NCBI GenBank assembly: GCA_963514005.1
Contig: OY740792.1
Span: 30,566,001-30,630,000 of the forward strand
Length of the DNA: 64,000 bases
From: Raja brachyura
Lineage: Eukaryota
Direction: 5' to 3'
Shown: in pieces, positions 39,621 through 53,405 of the stretch
How the letters are laid out: every line of letters starts with the position of its first letter
How positions within the stretch are numbered: the first letter of the stretch is position 1
Notes under the pieces: model-generated
Seen by the model: only the letters and a program-made list of their open reading frames with translations
Databases searched by the model: none
What the model was told of the DNA's origin: nothing
Program-made: the position numbers and the translations under genes

Positions 39621-40410
39621 CAGTGGCACCCACCTATTTGTTGTGCATTGCACAAACAAAACCTGGTTGTGAATTATTACAAATTCAACAACAAGCAGCT
39701 CAGTGTGAAAGACAACACTGTGTATGAACATTGCCTTCATCAAGCAGCCTCACCTGCTGGCAGCTCTCCATCACTGGGGCAGCAGTGAGGACCATTTGGC
39801 CTATTGCGCCTGCTTCACCATGGCCAAGTAAGTGTGACTGGAGGATATTTTCAACTTCTTAAAAATGTATTTTCATGATTTGGGCCTCAGTGGCAAGACC
39901 AGCATTTCTTGCCCATCACTAATGTCCTTGAGTAGGTAGTAATAAACTAGTACAGTGCTTCAGGTGAAGGTGCGGTCTCAGTGCTCGAGGACTGAGACCC
40001 AGTGACAATGGAGGGCTGATGATATGTTTTCAATTTTGGATGGTGTATGACTTGGTGACGATCTAAAAGTTGTCCATTTCCCATTTTTCCTTATGACATA
40101 GCAAGAGGCTGTTCAGTCCATCAAGTCTGTGCTGGTGCGCAGTGAAAATATAACCCTGTACCAGATTTCCCTGTAACCTATTCTTCCAACATTCCTGACA
40201 ATTCTATCACCCACACTACAATCTATTAAAGACAATTTATCAATTTTCCCTTACACCTGCTGCCCTTGTCCTCTTTGCTGGCAGAGGTTGTGCGTTAAGG
40301 GGCTGCTGGATGGGGTGCGAATCATGCAGGATGCTTTGTCCTGGATTGTGTTGAGCTCTTCAGTGTTGGAGCTGTTTTCACCACAGCAAGTGGAGAGTAT
40401 TTCATCTTGA

Positions 40411-40597
40411 TGTAGGAAGAAACTGCCGGTGCTGGGGTAACTCAGCGGGACAGGCAGGAGAGAGGCAGGTCCATCTCTGGAGAGAAGGAATGGGTGACGT
40501 TTCGGGTCGCGACCCTTCTTCAGACTAGTCAGGGGAAATGGAAACGAGAGATATAGACGGTCCCGCTGAGTTACTCCAGCATTTTGTGTCTATCTTC
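40411..40597. mobile_element. Fold-back PLE pseudo-LTR insertion
   Basis: Hammerhead core 40496-40523 on minus; short inverted arm; 14-bp TSD GTATTTCATCTTGA at 40397-40410 and 40598-40611. Confidence 0.85.
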
Positions 40598-41313
40598 GTA
40601 TTTCATCTTGACTTGTACTTTGTAAATGGTGGGGAGGCTTTTGGGTGTGAATTGACAAATCGATCACATCTGGATGTCGGTACCAGGTGATTGGTGAGTA
40701 CGTGCAGCACAATATTGTTGTCAGTGCTTCTGCATCAATGACACGATAGTGAAAGGAGGTAACTGATAGGAGCACAAAAGTCCAAAGCTCCTCTGATGTT
40801 GTAAATCTTTGGAATTATACAGGTTAGAGGCTGCACATAATATGCTCAAGATGCAAATGCATAAATAATTGGGCATGAATTGAGACAGGAATCAGGAGAC
40901 ATATGGATCAGGTGGAAAGTTGACTTTTGGTACTGGAGCTATCTAATCCTGTGTTTGTCTCAACCATTAATGGCAGCACTGAATATCCAATCGCCCACAA
41001 GTCAGCCTTGTAGCTAATGTTGGCATTGTGCCCAACTAATGAGGATGCACTATTCAACTGAACAATTTTACCATGCAGAGAGGAAAGAAGAATATTATAC
41101 TTGCACTGCCCAGCAAAATCTCCAGCTGTCTCACAATGCATGCCATCTATCTGAGGTTGAGTCACTATTGTAATGAAGGGTTCAATTCAGTACCTTGTAG
41201 CAATTTTGGATAAGCAGGTACCAATGTTTCTGAAACACATTGGTTTGCTGTGCTAGGATTCCAACCAGGGGTGAGAGATTAGCACTGCATTTACGAAGGG
41301 AAGAGATAGTCTA

Positions 41314-42030
41314 AAGGTTCAAAGGTTCAAAGGTTCTTTATTAGTCACATACACCAATTGGTGTAGTGAAATGTGTATTGCCATTGCAGCACATTATAAA
41401 AGACTACAAACATAACAATAATAAAGACATTTAAACATAAAAAATATCCCCCCACAATGGCACCCATAGTCGGGCCTGTTTTGGCCTCCGCAGTTGCCTT
41501 CCTTACCGGATCGGCCGCTTCCTTACCGGAGACCGCGGCTTCTGAAGCCAACAGACGGAGCCAACTGGTTGGAGCTCCACCACTGGGGATCTCGGCGTGA
41601 GATCCCAGGCTCCCGATGTAAAGTTCAGCGCTGCTGCCCGCGGTTGGCCGCTTCACAGACCCGTAGCTCCGCAATGTTTTTTTACCGGTGGACTCAGCAT
41701 TCCAGAGTTCCAGCGCAGTGACCCGGGCAAGGCATCGCCCACTCCCGATAGCGCTCCAGCGCTGTACCGCCGCCAAAGCCGAGGTTCCGGCCTGTCCCCT
41801 CAGGAGACGCCGCTCCAGGCCCGCTGGTAGGCCGCAAGGACGGGTCGAAGGTGCTGCCCGGAGAAAAGCCGCCTCTCCGACCAGGTAGGGACCCCGAAAG
41901 CAGTTTCCCTCTCCACATAAAAAAGACTAGAGCTCCAGAAACAAAACACTTAACTCACTAAAAGAGGTGAAAAAACGGACAGCTACCAGCTGGGCAGCCA
42001 TACCCATACAGGACGGCACTCCCTATATCG
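41314..42030 (-). mobile_element. GC/CpG-rich non-autonomous retroelement with a Rex1-like tail
   Basis: Minus-strand 3' end with palindrome ACACCAATTGGTGT, AATAAA and (GAACCTTT)n tail; no recognisable coding or tRNA similarity; possible TSD GTCTA (41309-41313, 42031-42035). Confidence 0.6.
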
Positions 42031-43811
42031 GTCTATATCCTTCAAATGGAGTCCTGCTGGAAACAGCATCACTCCTGCGGTTCTCATGTGGAAACCCTGA
42101 TGATTCAGAAGTATCCAGTCCAATTTCATGCCCAAATTTGGAAGTGGTTGTAAACCTAATGTACTCTGGGCTAAATGCACCTTTATGCTCTAAAGCTGAT
42201 GAAAGAAAGTATCTTCAAACCCTTCCAATTTCTAAATAAGCTTGCCCGGGTATGGATAATGGTGGGAGCTGAATATTTAAAAACTTTGACTAGGGTGAGA
42301 GCAGAAAGAAGATTGATTTTATTTTTGTGGGTGGGGTATGCTGGCTATGGGGAACAACATTTTCATAGTAAAATGGAGCAGACAATCTGAAAATCGTTAT
42401 CCTCCCCAACTTTCACCAGTGTAGAGAAGTTGGTAGAACACAGATAGAATCACCACAACAATGATGACATTGTGATTTCATCTGTAAACCTGGGACATTG
42501 TGCACTGACATTGAAGTCAGGCCAGATGACTTACGAATATTTACAAGGGTATGGTGTGAATCAGTGTGATAAGCCTGATAAGTGTGCTGCCTTTACTAAG
42601 TGCCATGGCAGCAATCCATATAACCACAGTTAAACCTGCTGCACTATGACTCCTGCACTTGGACAGGTGCAAGGTCAGGAAAGGTTTAGAGGGATATGGG
42701 CCACATGCGATAAATAGTGCCGGCTTAGATGGGGCATCTTAATTGGCATGGACAAGTTAAGCCAAAGCCTGTCTTCGTGCGGTATAATTCTGTGACTCAC
42801 ATGAGGAGGAAGAAGGGGTGGGGTGGGGTGAGGGGGAAGGAAGAAACTATTTCCTGTTCAGGAGCTTTTACGCTTAAACGTTAGAAATTAAACTTGTGCC
42901 ACCTTTTGTCGGGAGCACAACACATTTGCAATGCATTTTAAGAGAAGGTTGATTGTTTTGGATAAGTTCTATTGAAAGGTTGAATCTCACTCAGAAAGAA
43001 AACTAAAATGTGAACACATTTTATATCCCATCCTTTCTTGGTTTGTTTGTTCTTGGTGTGCTGTGGCATCAGTGAGTCAGGGGATTGGGAGTGGGCTTTG
43101 TTTGGGGAATGGAGCAGTGACCATCCCCAGAGACTCATTCTGTCAATACCACCCCCACGTCCAATGTTCAAACAGCCCATCCGCGGGTGACCTCCACTGC
43201 TCATTTATCAGCACTTAAATTATGGTGTGATTAAGTGATTCATTATTAGACCTTTGGAGCACACAAAATAGGAAGCCATTTGGTTCCTCAAGCCTGCCCA
43301 CCATTCAATGACTGATCTGAGTGTAACCTCAATTCCACGATCCCCTCTGTCCCCCTTTCTTACCTAGGACCTATCCCCCTGTTTTAACTATAATCTAAGG
43401 CTTTACTACCATCACACTTTGAGGAAGAGAATTCCCAAAGCTCACAACCATATGAGAGAAAGAAAAGTTGCCTAATCCCTGCTTTAAATGGGCAACCTTT
43501 TGTTCAGGAGTTTTTTCAAAATAGTGACGCTGCCTCTAGTTCTCTCACAAGACTGAATAGCATGCAAACAAAAGTTGTTCACTGCACCTCAGTACACGTG
43601 ACAATAATAAACTAAACTATAGAGGAAAATTTATCTCCACATCTGCCATGTCGGGACCCCTCAGGATCTTATGCATTTTAAAGTCTAGCCTTTCCTCATA
43701 AGGCAACCCATCCATTCCAGATATTTGTCTGGTAATCCTTCCTTGGAGTTGCAACGTATGAATGTTTTGTCTTAAATAAGAAGAGCAATGCAGTGCAGAA
43801 TACCACATATG

Positions 43812-44105
43812 CTATAGAGTTGCTGCTTTACAGAGCTTAGCGCCAGAGACCCGGGTTCGATCCTGATTATGGGTGTTGTCTGTACTGAGTTTGTACGTTC
43901 TCCCCGTGACTGCGTGGGTTTTCTCTGAGAACTTTGGTTTCTCTCCACACTCCAAAGACGTACAGGTTTGTTGGTTCATTGGTTTGCTATAAATGTAAAT
44001 AGTGATATAGGACAGTGTTAGTGTGCGGGGATCGCTGGTCGGCGTGGACTCGGTGTGCCGAAGGGCCTGTTTCCACACTGTATCTCTGTACTAAACTAAA
44101 CTAAA
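43812..44105 (+). mobile_element. tRNA-derived V-SINE (HE1-like)
   Basis: B box GGTTCGATCC, V domain gtttgtacgttctccccgtgactgcgtgggtttt, CR1-derived 3' end and (CTAAA)n tail. Confidence 0.85.
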
Positions 44106-47100
44106 GACAGACTGGGGACACCAGAAACATATTGGGGGCAGTTAAATAAGAGATACCTGGGGATGCCCTGGCTGTGCTTGGAAGAGGATGAGTAAAGCCC
44201 CATGAGAAGAACAGCATAGTAATATTGTTGGAGGAGCAATGTGTAATTGACAGCTTCAAAGATTGAAGAGAGATCAATGCACCATGGTTTCAGTGGATGC
44301 CAATTGAGTGCTAGAGTGACAAAGATTCATATTGTATTTGCTGCTGCTGAAATTGAGAGAACTTTCATGGTTAAAAATAAAATACTGGTTACTGTTGAAG
44401 GTTGGGGCATTTTGCGAGTCATTATATTTAAACCACTGCAGGAAATGTTTGTTTTTAAGTGCTTCTCAACTGAAGTGCCACATTTCTAAATATGTGTGGA
44501 AAAAAACTGTAGGAATGCTTCTACCAATGATCTAACCCAGTGCACTCATTAAATTAAACATGGATATGTTTATACTGAAAAGCACCATTAAGTATTAATA
44601 TTTTTACTTACTGGGAAACACTCAGGGCCTCTATTTCAAGACCTTTTTATGGAACAGTAGCAGGGATTTCTAATTATACCAGTTGAAGTAATCAGACGAT
44701 ACACACACACATACAGCCTTCTGCAGTGGAAATCTCTTGTGGACAATTCTGCTGGCTCTCAGATGAAATGGGGCTTTTTGTTGCTTGGAATCTGAGGCCA
44801 ACTCCCCAGCTAAAGCTGTCAGGTGCTGCATTTGACACCAAACACTGGAGGTATTTTATTATTACAAGACGACAAAGAGCACGTTACATTCAGAGAAAAA
44901 TAACACCGGCACCTGCTCCGTTTTAGAGGCTGACTCACCTGTCACTTTGCCAGACGGAGGTTCATCGAAAAGCGTTTTCTTCAAGTAGAGTTTGAAGTAA
45001 TGACCTATGTGCTGGGGAATGCAACAAAGCTAACCTATTCAGAGGCAGTGAGAAAATGAAAGAATGCAAGTTTCTGTGAATGTCTATTGGCATACTCTAA
45101 GAAATACAAAGCTGTATTCATGAAGAATAAGGAAAAAAATAAGTTCCACTACTTGGTATAAATCATATTAGTTCATCACACATGAACATTGCTGGGTCCC
45201 ATTACCCAATTAAGCAGGTATTTACCTGCATTTAGATTCACTGAATATTTTCGTTCTTAAAAAAAAATTACTACCTTTTTCATAATTTAATATTTAAAAT
45301 AGTTCATGTCTTCAAAACGGATAAGTTTTGCTACTTGTAGTTGTAAACCGTCTTCGAAGCAAGTGGATACAGCATCCATAAAAGAGAGAACAATGGGGTT
45401 TGACGAAGGCTGATTTGATTGTAACCTCAGTGCCACATTCTCCTCTTCTGCCCGTAATCTGTCTTGTTGATGCCTATTTAGAAACTATCTACAGGTGTCC
45501 CCTGCGTTGTGGCCATTGGGGCTATGGACATTCATCCTTACAGAAATCACAACTCATTACCCAAAGATTTGAGATGGAAGAAAATTCTCTCTGTGGGTAT
45601 TGTGTGAAAAAAAATAAGGGAAAGAGGAAAATGTTTAAAGGAGATTGCATGGGAAGTTTTTTACAGACAAGGTGGTGGGTGCCTGGAACGCATTGGCAGG
45701 AGTGGATGCATATATGATAGAGAAGTTTAAGTGGCTATTAGATGGGCACATGGATATGCAGAGAATGGAGGAATATGGATCATTTACAGGCAGATGAGAT
45801 TTTGTTTAGCATCATGTTCGGCACAGACACTGTGGCCTATTCCTGTGCTATATTGTTCTATGTTTCATTAACCCAACATTTTTTCAGCTCACCTTTCTTA
45901 ATGCAGGCACAGATAACACAGCTTTGCATTATGGAAGTTTGCAGTACTAGCCATATTCTAGGAATGCAACACCCACCCCCCTCTACTGTAATGCTTGGGT
46001 TGCCTGTACTGCTGGAATCTCCAATGATTTTGCTGTCGCTGCTCATTGAGGAAGGGAGCTCCAAATACTCAGAGCCCTCTATTTGAGATTCTAGCAAAGG
46101 TGGAAACAACTTGGAAGATCTTATTTCAATCAGGCTGCTTTTCAATCTTCTCAACCCCAGCAATACAAGCTCAGACCGTCCGACTTGTCTTTGTAAGACT
46201 ACTTGCCCATCAGAATGCTGTTTTGCATATATTAGCATTCCTCCTTACAAAAGGAGACCAATACTGAACATACTACTCCAGATGTACTCTCACCAGTGCC
46301 CCATATAACTGGTGTATAAAGTCCCCACGTTTGTTTTCAATTCCCCATACAATAAGCAATAATATTTTGTTAGCTTTCCTAATTGCTTGCTGCATGTGTA
46401 ACTAGCCCTCTGTGAAACATGCTCTGGAACACCAGATCCCTCTGCATCTCAGAAATCTCATTAAATGCTTTTTTTGATTTTTCATGATAAAATGGACAAT
46501 TTCCCAATAAAATGGACAATTTTCCCACATTGTTCTCCATTGCCAGTTCTTTGCGTACAAACTTCACATTTCTATCGCAACTTACTTTCCTATCTTCCTT
46601 CGTATCATCAGCAAATTTAGCTTAAAAGAAAATCAGCAAATCCTATCTGATATCTTATGAGCCAGAAAAAGCCATTTAGAACACAGAACATAGAAAAGTA
46701 CAGCACTGGAACAGGCCCTTCGGCCCACAATGTCTGTGCCAAGCATAATGCTAAGATAACGGCACATGATCCATATACCTCCATTCCCTGCATACCCTGT
46801 GCTTATCCAAAGACTCTTAAATGTCACTAATGTATCTTATATGCTATGTTTCATGTTAGCAGCCAATTTGCTATGCACTCCCAATCTGCTCCCTCTTTCA
46901 ACATGAAGTTTACCTTCTGCAATAACCTTTGATGAGGCACTTTTTCAAATGCCTTCTGGAAACTAAGCATAATACATGTAGGTGTGAGGAAGGAGTTTTA
47001 AAGGGATTTGAGAATAATATTTTACGCAGAGGGTATCTGGAACGCACTGCCAGAGGGGGTGATGGAATAAGATTCAATAATTGCATTAAAGAGACATTTA

Positions 47101-50100
47101 GACAAACATTTGAATGGGCAAGAGACAGCAGGTCAGGCCGCATCTATGAAGAAACAAACAGAGTTAACGTTTCAGGCTGATGACCCTTCATCAACATTGG
47201 CAAAGTGAGTAAACCATTGTAATTAAAGAATTGTGCTTGAAGAATAGGGGTAAGCTGAAGGGACTTGATAGGTTGAATGGGCCACCTTTGTTTATAAGGA
47301 AATATGGAATGAGCATATTCTTGTGCAATTTTGTAAGTTAGGACCAAGGCATTACTTGGTCACCATAAATTATTCTTGGAAATATATATCAGGAACTTGT
47401 GCCCATTCAGTAATGCACCCTGTTGAAGTTGCATTACCCATGGATAATAATCACTTTCCCTGCAGCTATCCATAGATTAACTGCAGTCATTGTAGGGTCT
47501 CTCACTCTATCTTGAATGACAGGTATTCCATTTAGACTCAGCCGCTACAGACTAAACCTATCAGCTGTAACATAGAAAGTGTATTTAGTTAATCAAGGCC
47601 ACTGCAGGATATCAGCCTCTTGGTCTAATCAATTCCTCCAAGGCAGTTATGCTGTTATTTAACATTTATATGTCCCAAACAATAATCTTAGGTTCTTTTT
47701 AAAGGGATTCATAGTTCTACTTGAACAGAGGCTTACCAATATCCATGTGGCATTATGTTGCAACCTCCTTGAAGTTTCTTTGAATGCTGGAAACACTCAG
47801 CAGGTCAGGCATCATCTGTGAAAAGAGAAACAGTGTTAACATTTCACGTTGATGATCTATCGGAAGCATTGGATGGTTTCTCTTTCCACAGCATTTTCTA
47901 AATACGTTATTTTGGAATTCTAGTAATAGTATTTAAAACATTAAAAAAAAATACCTTTACATTCCTTTTGTGATTAGCTATAATTCCTCTCCTTATTTTA
48001 GTTCTCCTACCAAACAGGAACAGCGTCATCATTTACCTCAACATGGCGCTTCATAATCCTCACCTCTTAACCCTCTTGGTGCCACTGAAACTAAGCCCTG
48101 GGTACTAGTTTCTCTTCACACTGTAACTACAACCTTGCTCCCTGCGACACTCCTTGAATCCTTTATGTAATATGCCATCTAAAACTAATACCACAAATTG
48201 CTTGACCAAAGAGCTTCCTTTCTTCTTATATGCTACTTTATTTGATGCAAACCTCAAGATTCCATTAAGTTTTTATTGTAATTTCTACTGTTTTTTTAAA
48301 TAATGTAACTTTATTTGAAAAGAAAATCAGGGCAAATTAAAACGGATCCTCAGAGCTGCTGATACATTCATGTCCCCCTTGTTCCTACGGTCACGGGAAG
48401 GATTTACATGTGTCAGTAGAAATCAGATGCCACATCTCCATGGATGTTTGATCAGCAACGAGGATCAGGCAGCCAGTTTAACTAGGTCTTGACAGTGACT
48501 GTGTACAAGGCTAGGCACAGCCTTCATCCCTAAAACATCCAAAGACCCAAAGCCTGAAACCGAGGAGCAGCCCCTTCAAGTAGTGAGCTGCAGTATTGGT
48601 CTAATCTGCTCAGCACTGCCAGTTTTAATGATGTGTGCCTGTAAAGCTAGGTCACCCTGCTACATTACAATGCAAACGTTTTAATTCATGTGCCACATTT
48701 TTTCTCATGGTTCTTACCAAAGCTGCAGTATTCTTAAACTGGCTAAGTTATGTATTTGTACTATTCCTCAGACGAATTCTATTCAATTGAAAAACACTTC
48801 CATTCCTCTAAAATCTGGGCTGATGTACCTTTTTGGTTATATTCATTACTGTTATATTCATTACTTCATGGAAAGAAAAATCAATGGCAAGGGTTGTGAC
48901 CACACAGTCCATGCAAATACAGGTGATGTTTTACATGCTTGCTGTCAGAACACATGAAAATCACTGAGATAAATTGGCCCATGACTTCCCAGCTTCTCCC
49001 TATATCCTTCTGAGAATACGATGCTACATTTGATATCCTCCAGGTTCCCGTAATTTTGCAATTTTATGTTGAACAATTGTAATAAGATCCCCCACTGTTT
49101 CTTCCCTGGAAATAACAGCTCTACAATAGGCTTTTGTTAGACAGTTGTAACAAGGCTGCTCAACTTACATTGCTCGAGGTGCTCAGTAAAATGAAGCTTG
49201 TACTGGGTCTGAACCAATGCATTTCTCTCACCTTTATCGGGTCAGACCCAGTGCACTACTCTCCCATGTCCCAGACTCAACCCAGTTCCCCTCCTCCCTC
49301 CCTCGCTTCTATCAGGCTCAGTCCCCTGGTCCTCCAATCCACTATCAGTCTACCCCAATGCCCTTCTCTCCCCTCTGTTGGACCACACCCATTCGTCCTT
49401 TCAATTGATTGTCATTTTTCAGTTTGTTTTACATTTTGCTCGATCTCGACTAGATCAAATGTGACTGTGTTTAAAACCAGCTCCAGAAACACGAGCACCA
49501 GTCCGAGGTTTACCTTTCTATGCTGTAGGTCTTTCCCAAGTGCTGCCCTGTCAGGGCTGCTTGACTAGATATTCATCCCAAACTGGTTGCACTAAAGCTG
49601 CTTTATAGAAGCAGCTGAGCATTCTTTACAGTTTCTGTAGTTTGGTTCTTCAGAAGTCTACCCATCATCTTTTGGAGAACAAAAGGCATACTCCATCAAT
49701 ATCTTCCACCAACATTTCATAACTGAAATATTAATCCTTTGCAGTTTACTGTGGGATGTTGCCAAACATACTGGTTCTGTCTTTCCTACATTATTGCCAA
49801 ATGTACTGGCAATAAAACACTTTGGTTCATCTAAGGTCGCTATAGACACAATATAATTAAGGCCTGTTGTTAACAAATATGTTTTTGATTATCCTCTGCA
49901 TTTCCTTTGCTGTCCTTTGTTATTGGTTAATTTTCTGTTGCCCTGATTCTTCCCGAGGGCACAGTCAACCATACCACACAACTGAATTTCAAAACCAGGT
50001 TGGCTCCTGACGTGGAGGAGGGAGGTGGGGAGGTTAATTGTACCATTGAGCAGGCTAGAGCTGTACGCTTTAGAGTTAGGAGAGGGGAATGTGATCTCAT

Positions 50101-52089
50101 TGAAATACACAAAATTCTTAAAGGGCATCATGGAGTAGATGTTTCTCTCGGCTGGGGTGACCAGAATCAAGGATCACATCTCAAAATAAGCGACTGGCTA
50201 TTTGGCAATGAGGTAAAAGAACTGTTTTTCAGTCAGGGAATTCCCTACCTAAGCCTCTACTCTGTATCTTCTAAATAGAGGTCAACAGGTTTAGGCTATT
50301 CTGGGAATTGATGGTTTAGTGCAAGAAAGAGGATCCAAGGTAAAAGATCAGCCATGTCACATTTTAAACACAAGAGACGCAGAGCTGAGAAATGCTGCAG
50401 TAAAATGTTTCATTCTGAAGATGGGTCCTGACCTGAGACGTTATCTGTCCGCGGATGCTGTCTGATCTGCTCCAGCAATTTGTTTTCAGCCACACCATTT
50501 GTTTGGCATAGTAGGAGCCAGGGGTTGAATGGTCCAGTCCTGGTTTCATCCCTAAGTTCTTATTAATATTGTGATTTATTTGAAAGGTGTGCAACTAAAC
50601 CAACTGTTAACCAAATCAGGACTCCCATTGAGTATTAACTCTTCCACTACGTTCGAAAGCAAAGCCATAAAATATACACCTTTGCCAGTTTGATCATGAT
50701 TAGGATTAGGAGAAACAGTATGTGTAAAACAGTCCTCTAGGATCCATCAGCAGTTACCATCCCTGCCTTCTATTCTCCAGTTCTTGCAATATATACAGAT
50801 TTGTCAGACCATCTTTTATATATTTTACTGATGTTATGTACCTTTCAGGTGTATAAAATCGCTAAGAGCAGAAATGAGGTGGATATTCACAAGCCCTTTC
50901 CTGGGTAGGAAAGTCTGAATTTAGAGGGCATAGATTTAAGATGAGAGACAAGTTTACCACGCAGAGGGTGGTGGGCATGTATATGAAATGAGCTGTATTC
51001 CAGAGGAAAGTGCAGAGGTGGGTACAATGACAATGTTTAAAGACTTTTAAACAAGTATATGGATTTGAAAGATTCAGAGGGATATGGGCCAAATGCAGGG
51101 AAATTGGATTAGTTAGGTTATATATCTTGGTCGTGTTGGGCTGAAGGGCACGATTCTGTGCTGTAAATCTCTAAGCACAAGACCGCAGCTAAAAGATTCC
51201 CACCACTTCTAAATTGCACCTGGATCTAATTAGTGCTTGCCTAAATTCATGCACGAGTAAAACTCAGACATTAATCGACGGGATGTATCCAGGGCAGGCT
51301 AGGCCAGTAATAAACAGCAAACAAGCTCCTCCCAAAGGGAGCATTTGACTGAGGGAAGCCAGTTTTGTGCCATGCTCACTGTAGTGTAACCTACACAGGA
51401 GCATTGCAACCAGCTAAAGGCTGTTAATAATCTGAACCTTGACCTACACTGCAGTTCACTGATAATATTAGCAATATAGTTTAGACAATGTTAACTCCGA
51501 ATAATGAGATGAGAACTTCTACACTGAACGCATTCCGCCTCTTTTGATTATGGGCAGATCTCCTAATAATCCCAACATTAGCAGCGTTTCACCTACAGTT
51601 ACAGAGTTAATTTAATTTGACCCTTATGTTAGGATTACTCACAAATAATTGGATGAGTACAGAAATCTGTAAAAGATGATGGGTAATTAATTGAATAAGT
51701 ATCACGTTTCATATAATTAAATCTTTGTAGATAAAATGCAGCATGTACAATTTAAAGCTAAATATAAATATTGGTATTGCTTTATTGTTGGTGTTAAGGT
51801 GAGAGGCAAGATGGTGATGGATGTAAGGAATGAGCTATATTCCTGACGTAGCTGCAGAGGTATAATCACAATTACAATGTTTAAAATATATTTAGACGTA
51901 CATAGATAGGAAAGGTCTTAGGATAGGATAGGAATTTAGGTGGCACAATAGTGCACCACTAGGATGCTGTCTCACAGCTGGGTTCAATCCTGATTACGAG
52001 TGCTATCCATGTGGAGTTTGTACATTCTCCCTGTGACCACGTGGGTTTTGTCTGGGTGCTCCAGTTTTACATATGAACTTGCTTCTTAG

Positions 52090-52878
52090 GATGACTTTAA
52101 TTAAAATTTAATTGGCGAAAATGTGATTATGGCCCCATACGAACCGGCAGTGTTTTTCCTGCCGATATGGGGTTCCAATTCACCGCAAACTGCAATGTTC
52201 CAATCGATCGCGTTCCACAATAACCCACTCACAAGATGATTAAAATGGCCATTAATTTATGGGAATTAAACATTAAATTCCTTCCATTTGGCCTACAAAT
52301 TCATGACAATGAGATTTAAAAATCATGTTATATTATGAATTCTTGTGTGGATGTTATTTGGACACTTAGGCTATTTAAAAATGTTAATCTTTTCTTAAGA
52401 AATGGATAGATGTTTAGATCTAGTAATTAAATTTTGTAATTAGCTCCAATTAGGTAACTAACTAATGATATACTTTAATTGCAGGTCATCCAAGTAAGAT
52501 TGTTTCATATTTGCTTCAGAATGCTTCAGTCTATAATAACTGAAAATTTAATTCAGTTCTCTTAATTTTTAAGAAATTTATGGGCTTTTAACTGTCCTCT
52601 GTCACAGCTTTTGAGTTAAGTCAATGGAAAAGCAATAGGGAACAAGATGCTAATTTCCGAGTATGAAAATGGCAATAACTTTTTTAATACTGAAGATATG
52701 AAAGTGGGGAAAAGAATGGTCGGCACGGACTGGAAGGGCCGAGAGGGCCTGTTTCCGTGCTGTAATTGTTATATGGTTATATGGAATTAGGTGTCAAATT
52801 AAACTTCTTTTTATGCTTTAACTGATGGGATAAATTGCAGACTTGATTTTTTAAATCTCAAAATGTTGTAACATTGCT
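52090..52878. repeat. AT-rich interspersed repeat-like segment carrying a short CR1/SINE tail insertion (about 52707-52784)
   Basis: Abrupt compositional shift, internal hairpin ccccatacgaaccggcag...ctgccgatatgggg, and an inserted gaagggccgagagggcctgtttccgtgctgt(TATGGTTA)n tail. Family not identified. Confidence 0.35.
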
Positions 52879-52899
52879 AATGAGTGGACTCTCCACTAG

Positions 52900-53405
52900 T
52901 CCCATGCCGATAGGATGCTCTGAGCAGTGGGTCCCCCGGGTGGTGGAGAGCCTCGGATGGAGACTTACTTCTTCACCCGCAGCGCCGGTCCCCACACAAG
53001 GGACGACAGGGCGCTGCGCTGCGCTGCGGGCCTCTCCCCGCCGTTGTCACGGTAACCAGGCTCCACCCTGGCTCCGCCCCCACAGGCGTCATGGCGACCA
53101 GACCCCGCCCCCACGCTCCGCACGCGACTCTCTCACAAGCGGCCGGCAGCTGCTGTCGAAGGGTGCGGAGCCAGGAGCCTGACGTCACCTCCGGTGGGCG
53201 GAGACACGGTCTCCCTGGCGACGCGTCTGCGGGGCGGGGCGGGGCGCTGCTCTTGTGACGTCACACGGCGGCGGCGGCAGCGGCAGGGAATCCCCGGCCC
53301 TGGTTGATGTTGCAAACTCCGCCCAGCTGCTGGCTGGGTTCTAGGGCCTGGTTGCTCGCCTCACCGCGGCCAACGGGCGATTGAGGGGATACTGCTGAAA
53401 ATGGT
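52900..53405. promoter_or_regulatory. CpG-island promoter, probably bidirectional
   Basis: High CpG density; three RFX X-box-like 14-mers (53043, 53085, 53209), two perfect CREs (53180, 53256), several GC boxes; outward-facing splice donors (minus GTAAGT at 52968, plus ATG|GTAAAT at 53404). Confidence 0.75.

Noticed and set aside
43812-43880. tRNA-like A/B box sequences (also near 60250-60320, 51940 and 58200)
   Set aside because: They are SINE heads followed by V domains, not tRNA genes.
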